Shown one piece after another: positions 38,121 through 47,626 of a stretch of DNA of 64,000 nt. The stretch lies in assembly GCA_036229005.1 (NCBI GenBank), contig JAZAMN010000059.1, positions 64,001 through 128,000 on the forward strand, given 5' to 3'. Positions within the stretch are counted from its first letter, which is position 1. Every line of letters begins with the position of its first letter. The notes beneath the pieces were generated by a model that worked only from the letters and a program-made list of their open reading frames with translations, did no database searches and was not told the DNA's origin. A program made the translations under genes and the position numbers. Origin of the DNA: Myxococcota bacterium (GTDB lineage Bacteria; Myxococcota_A; UBA796; CAJQPC01).

Positions 38121-39794
38121 ATGGGGAGCGCCCTGTTCCTGATCCTCGCCTGCGCCGAGCCCCCCGCACCCTGGGAGGGCCCGGTGCTCACGCAACCCCG
38201 CGAGGCGCTGACGGTGGCGCAACTCCAGGACACGCAGACCCTGGAGCTGCTGGACATGAGCTTCTTCGCCCGGCCGGACTGGGCGGAGGACAGCAGCCGG
38301 GAGTTCTCGGGGACGCTGCGCTTTGAGGACAGCGAGCTGTTGGCCCCCAAGGACCGCGAGTCCTACGAGGGCGAGGACAGCTTCCCGGCGCTGACCCTGG
38401 AGCTGGTGAGCGACGGGGGCCTGCTCCACGCGCAGCCCATGGGCGTGATCGACACCCGCGCGGAGAGCGCGAGCTACTGGGACGTGTACGTGGGCACGGG
38501 CGCGATCTGGGAGGAGCCGGACGACGGGGGCTGGAGCCGGGCGAGCCTGCCCGTGAACCTGCTGGGCCGCTACGTCGGCGAGGTGCGGAACTGCGTGGCC
38601 ACCTGGGTGTTCGACGACACGCAGACCAGCAACGTCTACCTGCAGTGCAGCCAGGAGACGGCGGTGCTGGACGCCGGCCAGCTCGGGGACCTGCGGGCGA
38701 TGCTCCCGGTGGGCTTCACGCCACTGGAGGCAGACCCTGCGCTGCTCGCCGAGGCCCAGGCCCGCTACGCCGCGCGCATCCCGGTGGAGCCCCTGGCGGA
38801 GCTGGACGCTGAGGGCGAGATCGCCGCCCACTTCGACCGCGACCACGTGACCAACGCGTCCACTTCGCTGGGGGGCGTCTACTGGGACGGGACCCTGTAC
38901 CTGCACCCGGCGGCCACCCGACACGGGCCCTTCCCCTACCCCCAGGACATGCGGCACGGGGTGTTCTCGGTGACCAAGAGCATGGCCGGGGCGCTGGCCA
39001 TGTTCACCCTGGCGGAGCGCTACGGGGACGAGGTGTTCGACGCGCAGATCGTGGACTACGTGCCCGCCCTCGCCGACCTGCCCGAGTGGCAGGGGGTGAG
39101 CTTCTCGCACTGCCTGAACATGGTGACCGGCACCCGCGCGGGCGAAGACCTGCTCTACGAACCCCTGGAGCTGGCCCCCGACAGCGAGACGGCCATCCAG
39201 AACATCGCCGCGTTCGGCGACTACCCGGAGGCCCCCGGCGAGGCCTTCAACTACGCCACCACCAACACCTTTGTGCTGTCCTACGCCATGGAGCGCTACG
39301 TCCAGGAGCGCGAGGGGCCCGACGCCCACTACTGGGACATCGTCCACGACAGCGTGCTGGTGCCCATCGGCGCCCAGGACTTCGCGGTCCTCCACACCCG
39401 CGACGAGGCCCCCCAGGACCGCGTGCCCATCCTGGGCCTGGGCGGCCTCCCCAGCGCGGACAGCGCCCTCAAGATCGCCCTGCTGATCGCCAACGAGGGC
39501 GAGCACAACGGCCAGCAGCTCCTGAGCCGGACCCGCGTGCGGGAGGCCCTGGGGCGCGAGGACTTCGAGGGCTACAAGGCCTGGTCTGGCCTGCGCTACC
39601 GCCACTCCTTCTGGGTGCAGAGCGTGCGCGTGGGTGGCTGCAAGGTCGAGCTCACCTACATGGAGGGCCTGGGCGACAACCGCGTGGTGCTCTTCCCCAG
39701 CGGCGCGGTCTCCCTGCAGTTCACCGACGAGTTCGACGACGACTTCAAGGAGCTCGTGCGCGCGGTGGAGGGCCTGCACAGCTCCTGCGACTGA
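38121..39794 (+). CDS. Serine hydrolase (beta-lactamase/AmpC-like) lipoprotein
   Basis: LILAC lipobox; SVTKS (SxxK), LNMVTG, PGEAFNY. Confidence 0.8.
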   Translation: MGSALFLILACAEPPAPWEGPVLTQPREALTVAQLQDTQTLELLDMSFFARPDWAEDSSREFSGTLRFEDSELLAPKDRESYEGEDSFPALTLELVSDGGLLHAQPMGVIDTRAESASYWDVYVGTGAIWEEPDDGGWSRASLPVNLLGRYVGEVRNCVATWVFDDTQTSNVYLQCSQETAVLDAGQLGDLRAMLPVGFTPLEADPALLAEAQARYAARIPVEPLAELDAEGEIAAHFDRDHVTNASTSLGGVYWDGTLYLHPAATRHGPFPYPQDMRHGVFSVTKSMAGALAMFTLAERYGDEVFDAQIVDYVPALADLPEWQGVSFSHCLNMVTGTRAGEDLLYEPLELAPDSETAIQNIAAFGDYPEAPGEAFNYATTNTFVLSYAMERYVQEREGPDAHYWDIVHDSVLVPIGAQDFAVLHTRDEAPQDRVPILGLGGLPSADSALKIALLIANEGEHNGQQLLSRTRVREALGREDFEGYKAWSGLRYRHSFWVQSVRVGGCKVELTYMEGLGDNRVVLFPSGAVSLQFTDEFDDDFKELVRAVEGLHSSCD

Positions 39795-39812
39795 GCCTCT
39801 TGGCCCAGGGCC

Positions 39813-41210
39813 CTACTCCAGGTAGCCCAGGGCCTTGAGCTGCTCGGTGGTCGCGTCGCTGTCGTCGCGCCCGGCGTTCAGGGGGCTCGCGGTGCCCACC
39901 CAGGCCTGCACCTGCTTCTCGAGCTGCATGCCCGCGGTGCTGTTGGTCTGGAGCAGATCGCTCTGCTCCATCGCGTCATCGCGCGCGAACAGCTCGCGGG
40001 TCTGGACCTTGGGGCAGCTCTGGTACTTGTACTCCGGGGTCCAGACGCCCTTGCACTTCTGGGCGTTGGTCCAGGCCTGGCCCTCTTCGTACTCGGGCTT
40101 CTCGGGCTTGGTGGCCTCGGAGTAGATCTGGGCGCGGGCCGGCGGCGCCTGCCCCAGGAACAAGGGCGCGAAGGACACGCCCTCGCTGCGCGGCGCGCTC
40201 TGCAGGCCCAGCACCTCCAGGATGGTGGGGGTGACGTCCACGTTGGAGACCAACCCGCTGTGCCGGGTGCCCCCCAGCTTGCCGCCGGGCAGGCGGATGA
40301 ACAGCGGGATGTGGGTGGCGCTGTTGTAGGTGGACGGCCCGTGGTCCCAGTAGTCCTTGTGCTCGTCGAAGCTCTCACCGTGATCGCTGGTGATGATCAG
40401 CAGGCTGGTCTCCAGCAACCCCTGAGCGTCCAGGCCCTCGAGCAGGCGCCCGAGCTGCTGGTCGGTCCAGCTCACCTCGCCGGCGTAGAGGTCCTTGAGC
40501 ACCTCGGACCTGGCGAAGGCCTCGGGCTCCCCGCGGTGCATGGCGGCGCGGATCTCCTTGAGCTCCTCCATCGTGCCCTGCAGGCCCATGTGGTCCTGGC
40601 GGTACATGGTGTCGAAGGGCGCGGGCGGCGCATAGGGCCAGTGCACGTCCCAGTAGTGCACGAACAGCAGCAGCTTGTCCCCGGCGCGCTGCGGGGTCTT
40701 CTGGAGCACGGCGTCGGTGACCTGGGCGTTGTCCCCCATGTTGGGGAAGTAGGCCTCAAAGCCCTGATCAAAGCTGAACTTTGGATTCAACGGAAAGGCA
40801 CCACTGACCCCCAACGTGCGCCAGCCGGCGTCCTTGAGGCTCTCGGCCAGCATCACGTTGTCCGGGTGGACGATGTCGCCGTTCCGCGCGGCGCCGTGGG
40901 TGTGCGGGTAGCTGCCGGTGAACAGGCTGGTGTGGCTGGGCAGCGTGGTCGGAGCCGCCGTGTACGCGTGCTCGAAGACGATGGACTCGGCGGCCAGCCG
41001 GTCAAAGTTCGGGGTCTTGACCTTGGCGCTGCCGTAGGGCCCCAGGTGGTCGGCCCGCAGGGTGTCGATGGACACGACGATCACGTTCTCGACGCCCAGC
41101 GAAGCGTAGCCGTCCTGGGCCTGGGTCTCCGGAGCGCCCGCCAGCGCCAGCCCGAGCAGCCCGGCGCCCGCCCCCAGCCAGGCCGCACTCTTCCACACAG
41201 CTCCGCGCAC
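39813..41210 (-). CDS. Sulfatase-like hydrolase (alkaline phosphatase superfamily)
   Basis: SIDTLRADH, TTLPSHTSLFTG, TSDHGE, LKALGY; GTG start with GGAGG SD. Confidence 0.85.
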   Translation of the reverse strand: MRGAVWKSAAWLGAGAGLLGLALAGAPETQAQDGYASLGVENVIVVSIDTLRADHLGPYGSAKVKTPNFDRLAAESIVFEHAYTAAPTTLPSHTSLFTGSYPHTHGAARNGDIVHPDNVMLAESLKDAGWRTLGVSGAFPLNPKFSFDQGFEAYFPNMGDNAQVTDAVLQKTPQRAGDKLLLFVHYWDVHWPYAPPAPFDTMYRQDHMGLQGTMEELKEIRAAMHRGEPEAFARSEVLKDLYAGEVSWTDQQLGRLLEGLDAQGLLETSLLIITSDHGESFDEHKDYWDHGPSTYNSATHIPLFIRLPGGKLGGTRHSGLVSNVDVTPTILEVLGLQSAPRSEGVSFAPLFLGQAPPARAQIYSEATKPEKPEYEEGQAWTNAQKCKGVWTPEYKYQSCPKVQTRELFARDDAMEQSDLLQTNSTAGMQLEKQVQAWVGTASPLNAGRDDSDATTEQLKALGYLE

Positions 41211-41307
41211 ACGCACCTCCAGCTTTTCGACGGGCGCCCTGCAAGGTAACGCACCATGGGGACCGCTCTGTTCCCCTGACCTCACGAGTGCAACCCGGGA
41301 GTAGACC

Positions 41308-42327
41308 GTGCAGCGCGTCCGAATCCACGAACACGGCGGAGTCGACGTGCTCCGCCGCGAGACCGTCCCCACCCCCGAGCCCGGCCCTGGCCAGGTGCGC
41401 ATCCGCGTCCGCGCTGTAGGCCTGAACCACCTGGATCTCTGGGTTCGCCGAGGCGTTCCCGGGCACCGATTCCCCCTGCCCATGGTCCCCGGCAGCGACA
41501 TCGCCGGCGTCGTGGAGACCGGGCCCCGCGCCGGGGAGCGCGTCGTCCTGCACCCCGGGACGAGCTGTGGACTCTGCCCGGCCTGCCAGTCCGGCCAGCA
41601 GGATCTCTGCCGCCACTACGAGATCCGCGGCGAGGGCGGCGACGGCGGCATGTCCGAGCGGATCGTCTGCGATGAGGCCGATCTCATCCCCATCCCCGAG
41701 CACCTGGACTTCGCCCAGGCCGCCTCCCTCCCTCTGTCTGGACTGACCGCGTGGCACATGCTCCGCAAGGCTGGGCTCCAAGCGGGTGAGACGCTGCTGG
41801 TGCTGGGCGGGACCAGCGGCGTGGGGCACCTGGCCATCCAGATCGGGCGCCTCCTGGGCGCGCGTGTCCTCGCCACGGCCGGGAGTGCAGAGAAGCGCGA
41901 GCGCTGCCTGTCGCTGGGTGCAGAGCAGGCCTTCGACCACCGCGATCTGGCCCCCTTCCATCGCCAGGTCAAGGCGGCCACCCAGGGCGCGGGGGCGCAC
42001 GTGGTCTTCGAGCACATCGGCGCGGTCACCTGGGAGCGCTCCCTCAAGTCCCTGGCTTGGGGCGGTCGGCTGGTGACCTGCGGGGCGACCACCGGCGCCG
42101 AGGTGCCCCTGAACCTGCGGGCACTCTTCTTCAAGCGACAGAGCCTGATCGGCAGCACCATGGGGAGTCGGGGGGACCAGCTTGCATTCTGGCGGCAGGT
42201 CACGCTCGGCCACATCACCCCGGTCGTGGCCTGTACCTTCCCCTGGGAGGAGCTTGGGCGCGCACACGAGGTGCTGTCGGGTGGAGTCGTCGGAAAGGTT
42301 GTGGTGACCCTTCCAGATGGGGCGTGA
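41308..42327 (+). CDS. Zinc-binding dehydrogenase / quinone oxidoreductase (MDR family)
   Basis: LNHLD, PGSD, CGLCPAC..C, GGTSGVG. Confidence 0.9.
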   Translation: MQRVRIHEHGGVDVLRRETVPTPEPGPGQVRIRVRAVGLNHLDLWVRRGVPGHRFPLPMVPGSDIAGVVETGPRAGERVVLHPGTSCGLCPACQSGQQDLCRHYEIRGEGGDGGMSERIVCDEADLIPIPEHLDFAQAASLPLSGLTAWHMLRKAGLQAGETLLVLGGTSGVGHLAIQIGRLLGARVLATAGSAEKRERCLSLGAEQAFDHRDLAPFHRQVKAATQGAGAHVVFEHIGAVTWERSLKSLAWGGRLVTCGATTGAEVPLNLRALFFKRQSLIGSTMGSRGDQLAFWRQVTLGHITPVVACTFPWEELGRAHEVLSGGVVGKVVVTLPDGA

Positions 42328-42390
42328 TTCCCCCTGCCCCCTCTTGAACCCCGGGGCCTCTTCCGATCGCGTCCAAGGAGGAGGTTCTCT

Positions 42391-43776
42391 GTGTCTTCTA
42401 CGAGCACACCACTTGACCGCTTGCTGCACCCCATCAAGCGCTTCGCATCGCTGGACATCTCCGGCGGCATCCTGCTGATCGCCTGCACCGTCGCGGCGCT
42501 GGTCTGGGCCAACAGCCCCTGGCACGACAGCTACCACCACCTCTGGCACACCCCGGTGGGCTTCGCCCTGGGCAGCTTCCAGGTGGAGATGAGCCTGCAC
42601 CACTGGATCAACGACGGGCTGATGGCCCTGTTCTTCCTGGTCGTGGGGCTGGAGATCAAGCGCGAGCTGCTGGTCGGCGAGCTCTCGTCCTTCAAGGCGG
42701 CGGCGCTGCCGGTGGCCGCAGCGGTCGGCGGTATGGCCGTCCCCGCCGCGATCTACGTCGCGTTCAACTACGGCACCGAGAGCGCCGGCGGCTGGGGCAT
42801 CCCCACCGCCACCGACATCGCCTTCGCCCTGGGCATCCTCTCCCTGCTGGGCAAGCGCGTGCCGGTGAGCCTCAAGCTCTTCCTCACCGCGCTGGCCGTG
42901 GTCGATGACCTGGGCGCCGTGCTCGTGATCGCCTTCTTCTACACCGCCGAGGTCAAGCTCTGGGCCCTGGGCGCCGCCGGCGGCGTGTTCGGCGCCATGC
43001 TGGTCCTCAACCGCATGGGCCTGCGCAACGTGGGCGTCTACGGCCTGCTCGGCCTGGGCCTGTGGGGCTTCCTGCTGGCGTCCGGTGTGCACGCCACCCT
43101 CGCGGGCGTGATGACCGCCATCGCCATCCCCAGCACCCGGCACCTGGTCGACACCGACCACCTGCCCATGCAGGGCCACCTGACCCTGCGCGAGCTGATT
43201 CAGGGCGAGCACGACCACGCCCACGTGGGCCACGCGCTGCACGCAACCGAGAGCCCGATGCACCGGGTGGAGCACGCGCTCCTGCCCTTCATCGACTTCC
43301 TGATCATGCCAGTGTTCGCCCTGGCGAACGCCGGCCTGACGCTGCACGGGTCCCCCACCGAGGCGCTGGCCTCCAACGTGGGCATGGGCGTGCTGCTCGG
43401 CCTCTTCGTCGGCAAGCAGCTCGGCGTGTTCGGCGCCTCCTACCTGGCGGTGAAGTCCGGGCTGGCCAAGCTCCCAGGCAACCTGCGCTGGGGACAGATC
43501 TACGGCGCCGCGCTGCTCGCGGGCATCGGCTTCACCATGAGCCTGTTCGTGACCGGCCTGGCCTTCGCCGACCCGGCCATGGTGGACAACGCCAAGCTGG
43601 GCATCCTGGGCGGCTCCCTGATCTCCGCGGTCGCGGGCGCTGGGCTCCTGATCTGGCAGGCCCGCGCGCACAAGGTCAGCGAAGACACCCTGCCCCAGGT
43701 CGCGGTCGAAGCGCCCCAGGGCTCTCTCGCGGCCAACAGCCCCATGGTCGAGGCCGAGGACCAGGAGGCAGCCTGA
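42391..43776 (+). CDS. nhaA: Na+/H+ antiporter NhaA
   Basis: WINDGLM, GLEIKRE, ATDIAF, VDDLGA, GIGFTMSLF. Confidence 0.95.
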   Translation: MSSTSTPLDRLLHPIKRFASLDISGGILLIACTVAALVWANSPWHDSYHHLWHTPVGFALGSFQVEMSLHHWINDGLMALFFLVVGLEIKRELLVGELSSFKAAALPVAAAVGGMAVPAAIYVAFNYGTESAGGWGIPTATDIAFALGILSLLGKRVPVSLKLFLTALAVVDDLGAVLVIAFFYTAEVKLWALGAAGGVFGAMLVLNRMGLRNVGVYGLLGLGLWGFLLASGVHATLAGVMTAIAIPSTRHLVDTDHLPMQGHLTLRELIQGEHDHAHVGHALHATESPMHRVEHALLPFIDFLIMPVFALANAGLTLHGSPTEALASNVGMGVLLGLFVGKQLGVFGASYLAVKSGLAKLPGNLRWGQIYGAALLAGIGFTMSLFVTGLAFADPAMVDNAKLGILGGSLISAVAGAGLLIWQARAHKVSEDTLPQVAVEAPQGSLAANSPMVEAEDQEAA

Positions 43777-43782
43777 TCGGAA

Positions 43783-43810
43783 GGCGGCCCTCTACCGAAG
43801 GGGGCCGTCG
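43783..43810. terminator. GC-rich hairpin between convergent genes
   Basis: GGCGGCCCTCT..AGGGGGCCGTC imperfect stem; no U-tract. Confidence 0.4.
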
Positions 43811-43813
43811 CGC

Positions 43814-44686
43814 TCAGAAGAGGAGGACGTCTCCCGCCTCGGGGGACTCCTCCTCTTCCTCGTTCAGGACGGTCCCGTCGGCGTCGATCCCCGTCAGCGC
43901 CGCCAGGAGTCCCGCGGGTCCATCCGCGAAGACGGCCTGGACGCCGAGCATCTCCAGCTCGCTCAGCCGCTGCTCGAGCCCATCGATCATCGACAGGTGC
44001 TCCCGGGCGGCGGCGCCATCGGCCTTGAGCGCGCCCACGCGGCCCTGGGTCTCCCGCAGCGCCTCGTCGACGCTCCGGGTCATGCGCGTGGTGTGCTCAC
44101 CGAACTCGGACTCGATTCGCTCGACCTCCGCGGCCAGCGCCTGGGTCTCGGCCATGAGCTGCTTGGAGCTGGCCTCGAGCGCCGGGAGCTGCCGGCGCAG
44201 GTCCGTGACGCGCCCCGCCAGCTCATTCGACGTGGTCGCGACGTCAGCGGACAGGTCCTGCATGTGCCGGGCGACGCTGCCGACGGTGGCGCCCTGGCTG
44301 CCAAGCTGGGAGGCGCTCACGGCGGTGTTCACCGCCAGCATGTTGGCCTCGTGCGCGAGCTCCTCCATGTCGTTCCGGACCTCCTCGATCCGGGCGCAGC
44401 CCTGCGACAGGGAGTCCACCAGAGCGCCCTGCTCCTGCACCAACTCCACCAGCTCCTGGTTGAACACCTGCAGCGTGCGGCTCTGCTCGTCCAGGGCGCG
44501 TCGCAAGGCGGCGCGACCGCCCCCATCTTCGACCGCGGCTTCGAGCTGCTCGGCAGCCGTGGTGGCCCGGTGCTCCACCTCGGAGACCTCGTGGATCAGG
44601 GCCGCGATGGCGATCTGCGCGTCCGTGCGCGCCTTCTTGCAGCGGGAGCCGAGCTCCAGTCCATAGCGGGCCAGGTGGGCAGACAT
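43814..44686 (-). CDS. Soluble chemoreceptor (MCP) signalling-domain-like protein
   Basis: ANMLAVNTAVSASQLGSQGATVGSVARHMQDLS aligns by eye to the MCP tip NLLALNAAIEAARAG.G.GFAVVA.EV..LA; ends AGDVLLF. Confidence 0.65.
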   Translation of the reverse strand: MSAHLARYGLELGSRCKKARTDAQIAIAALIHEVSEVEHRATTAAEQLEAAVEDGGGRAALRRALDEQSRTLQVFNQELVELVQEQGALVDSLSQGCARIEEVRNDMEELAHEANMLAVNTAVSASQLGSQGATVGSVARHMQDLSADVATTSNELAGRVTDLRRQLPALEASSKQLMAETQALAAEVERIESEFGEHTTRMTRSVDEALRETQGRVGALKADGAAAREHLSMIDGLEQRLSELEMLGVQAVFADGPAGLLAALTGIDADGTVLNEEEEESPEAGDVLLF

Positions 44687-44713
44687 GGGTACTCCAGGGT
44701 GGGCCGGGGGGCA

Positions 44714-45649
44714 TCAGAACAGCAGGGCCTCGCCAGCGGCGGGGGCGTCTTCTTCGTCGTCGCGGTAGAGCGCGTGGGCTGCGTCGTGGGCGAAGCCTGC
44801 GCCAAAGTAGAAGGGCTCAGCGTCCGGCTCTCCGCTGTCCCTGCGGGCCTCGGCCATCAAGGGATCCAGGCGCTGGAGGGCCTGAATCATGGGGTCCTGG
44901 AACTGGAGCGCGGAGAGCGCCCTGTGGGAAGCGCTGACCGCACGCTCGACCTGCTTGAGACAGGCGGCGAAGCGGTCCGAGAGCCCGCCGGAGAGCTGCG
45001 CGGCGGCCTTGTTGATGCTGCGGGAGTGCCGCCACATGGAGCGCCGGAGCTCCTCGCTGCGGACCAGCCCCTCCCGGAGACGCCGAAGCAGCGCCGGCAG
45101 CGCCTCGCTGAGCACGCCGATCAACGCCACGACGTCCTCGCTTGCGCCCTCCATCCGCTGCCCCAGCGCGAGCAGCTTGGCGGCCAGGCCGTTGATCTCC
45201 ATTCCCTGAGACGCCAGCACAGCCCCCTCGACCCGGACATGAACGCTGAGCAGGCGCGCGGACTGGATCCCACGCCGCAGCGACATGTGGGTTGCCAGCA
45301 CGTGCGTGGCGATCTCGGAGAGCGCCTCGACCTGCTCCATCTGCGCGCGCATGCACACGGCGATGCGGTCCAGCACGCCGGTCAGCCGCTGGTGCTGCTC
45401 CTGACTCAGCTCCCCCAGCCGGTCGAGCTGAAGGGTGTCCTGCAGGCCGTTGAGGGTCTCGACGTGCGCCTCGGCGAGCTCGACCATGTGGCCGACGCGC
45501 CCGCCGATCTCCAGGACCTCCCGCTCGGAGTAGGTGCTCAGGTCCCGGAGCGCCGTCGCGATGGCCTGGTGAAGGGCCTGGTGCGGGCTCTCAGGGGTCA
45601 GTTCGATCGCTGCTGCAGACAAGGCACACCCTCCTGGTGCTGTCTGCAT
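44714..45649 (-). CDS. Soluble MCP-like coiled-coil protein
   Basis: Degenerate tip ARLLSVHVRVEGA..G; ALQFQD; ends AGEALLF. Confidence 0.6.
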   Translation of the reverse strand: MQTAPGGCALSAAAIELTPESPHQALHQAIATALRDLSTYSEREVLEIGGRVGHMVELAEAHVETLNGLQDTLQLDRLGELSQEQHQRLTGVLDRIAVCMRAQMEQVEALSEIATHVLATHMSLRRGIQSARLLSVHVRVEGAVLASQGMEINGLAAKLLALGQRMEGASEDVVALIGVLSEALPALLRRLREGLVRSEELRRSMWRHSRSINKAAAQLSGGLSDRFAACLKQVERAVSASHRALSALQFQDPMIQALQRLDPLMAEARRDSGEPDAEPFYFGAGFAHDAAHALYRDDEEDAPAAGEALLF

Positions 45650-45737
45650 TCACGGCCGGAGGGCCCGCGGCTTGACCAAAATCCCCGCACAGCCCATCAG
45701 GCGGATCGAAGCGAAGTCAGTCAGGATCGGCCTCTCA

Positions 45738-47564
45738 CTACTCCTTCTCCGGGGGGAGCTTGGACCGGTCGATGTTCGGGAGCCCCCGTCCCCGCCCCTG
45801 GCGGGCCTCCCGCGGTCCCCGCGTCCGGCCCTTGCTGGCCCGGGTGGACCCGCTTCCTTGCGATCCTCCCGCCTGCGAGGTGCGGCTGCCCGCCTCCCCA
45901 CTCCCGGACCTGGGCGTGGCCTTCGCCGAGCTGCCTTGGGTCTGCTGGGACTGGGGCTTGGCTGCACCGGCGCGGGCTGCGCGCCCGCCGGTGGCTGCGC
46001 CGCTGCGCGCTCCGGACGCTCCCGCGCCGCCGCTCGGCCCCGGGCCGCCGGCTCCACCGGCAGCGCCCGCCGGACGCGGACGCCCGCCGGCTCCACCGGC
46101 TCCAGCGCCACCACCGGCTCCCGCCGACCCCGGCCCAGTCGCACCGCTGGGTCCACTCCCGGAGCCACCGCCGCTTGGCCCGGCTCCGCCTGCTCCACCG
46201 GCACCGCCCGGCCGCGGCCGACCGCCGGCTCCAGCGCCACCGGCTCCAGCGCCCGCCGGGCGCGGACGCCCGCCAGCCCCGGCTCCACCGGCTCCGCCGG
46301 CTCCAGCGCCTGCCGGACGCGGACGCCCGCCGGCTCCGGCACCACCGGCACCAGCGCCCGCCGGGCGCGGACGCCCGCCGGCTCCGGCTCCGCCGGCTCC
46401 ACCGCCCGGCCCAGTCGCCCCGCTCGGACCACTCCCCGAGCCACCGCCGCTCGGCCCAGCGCCCCCGGCTCCCCCGGCTCCAGCGCCCGCCGGACGCGGA
46501 CGCCCGCCAGCTCCGGCACCACCGGCACCAGCCCCAGTGCCCGGCCGCGGCCGGCCACCCGCACTGCCACCGGCTCCCGCCGAACCCGGCCCAGTCGCCC
46601 CGCTCGGACCACTCCCCGAGCCACCGCCGCTCGGCCCGGCTCCACCGGCTCCCCCGGCTCCAGCGCCCGCCGGACGCGGCCCCCCGCCGGCTCCACCGGC
46701 TCCACCGCCCGCGGGGCGCGAACTCCCGCCGGCACCGCCCGCCGGACGCGGACGCCCGCCGGCTCCACTGCCGCCGGCTCCACCGGCTCCACCGGCTCCA
46801 GCACCACCAGCCCCCGGACGCGACCGACCGCCGGCTCCAGCACCACCAGCCCCAGCGCCACCGCGCCCCGCCGCGCCACCGCGCCCAGCGCCAGCCGCAC
46901 CTCGACTGCGGGCGGATCCCCCCGAGGTGCCGGGTGCGCCACCCCGGCCAGAGGGTGAGCCCCCAGCCCCGGCGGCACCAGGCGCCTCTTGATCCACCCC
47001 AGCCGCAGCCTGGACCGCGTCCACGCCTGCCTGCGCGCCGTCGATTTGACCGCCCATCGCGCCCAGCCCACCCAGCACGGGGTCCAGCGCGTCGCCCAGG
47101 CCCACCTGCTCCAGCAGATCGTCGGCCTGCTGCACGGTCTCCTTGGCCTCGCCCAGGAAGGCCTCCATCTCGTCCAGGGCCTCCTCGACCGGCTCGGTGA
47201 CCTGGAGGATGAGCTCCTGGGCCTTCTCCTGCCACTCCTGGAAGTCGAGCTGGTCCGCGATCTGCTGCTCCAGGCTCCGCACCGCGCCCATGGCCTGCTC
47301 TGCGAAGGGGTTGCTCCCGAGCTGACCACCCAGCGCGTCACTGAGGGGCGTGAAGTCCCCGGTCAGCGCCTCGTTGAGGCCCCCCAGAGCCCCTCCGGCC
47401 CCTCCGGCCCCTGCACCCGCGGCACCGGCGGCGCCTCCAGCACCTGCACCGGCGCCTGCGCCCGCTCCCCCTGAAGCAGCAGCGCCCCCACCGCTGCCCT
47501 TGGGGCGCGCAGGGGGGTGCTTGTGAGCGGCCGCGGAAAGGGCCTTCTTGGGCTTGGCTGCCAT
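45738..47564 (-). CDS. Gly/Ala-rich repeat protein with an acidic helical segment
   Basis: 608 aa; GRPRP x8, GPSGGGSGSGPSGATGPG x3; the non-repetitive LEQQIADQLDFQEWQEK segment has normal GC3 codon use. Confidence 0.7.
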   Translation of the reverse strand: MAAKPKKALSAAAHKHPPARPKGSGGGAAASGGAGAGAGAGAGGAAGAAGAGAGGAGGALGGLNEALTGDFTPLSDALGGQLGSNPFAEQAMGAVRSLEQQIADQLDFQEWQEKAQELILQVTEPVEEALDEMEAFLGEAKETVQQADDLLEQVGLGDALDPVLGGLGAMGGQIDGAQAGVDAVQAAAGVDQEAPGAAGAGGSPSGRGGAPGTSGGSARSRGAAGAGRGGAAGRGGAGAGGAGAGGRSRPGAGGAGAGGAGGAGGSGAGGRPRPAGGAGGSSRPAGGGAGGAGGGPRPAGAGAGGAGGAGPSGGGSGSGPSGATGPGSAGAGGSAGGRPRPGTGAGAGGAGAGGRPRPAGAGAGGAGGAGPSGGGSGSGPSGATGPGGGAGGAGAGGRPRPAGAGAGGAGAGGRPRPAGAGAGGAGGAGAGGRPRPAGAGAGGAGAGGRPRPGGAGGAGGAGPSGGGSGSGPSGATGPGSAGAGGGAGAGGAGGRPRPAGAAGGAGGPGPSGGAGASGARSGAATGGRAARAGAAKPQSQQTQGSSAKATPRSGSGEAGSRTSQAGGSQGSGSTRASKGRTRGPREARQGRGRGLPNIDRSKLPPEKE

Positions 47565-47626
47565 GGGGGAGACCTTCGGTGCTCCGGAAGTCTACCGCCT
47601 GCAGCCCAGCCCGACAAAGGCCACAA

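Noticed and set aside
45760..46992. Pro-rich + strand ORF (PAPP repeats)
   Set aside because: Mirror of the Gly-rich minus-strand ORF, which has the plausible start, a non-repetitive helical block and the same orientation as its neighbours
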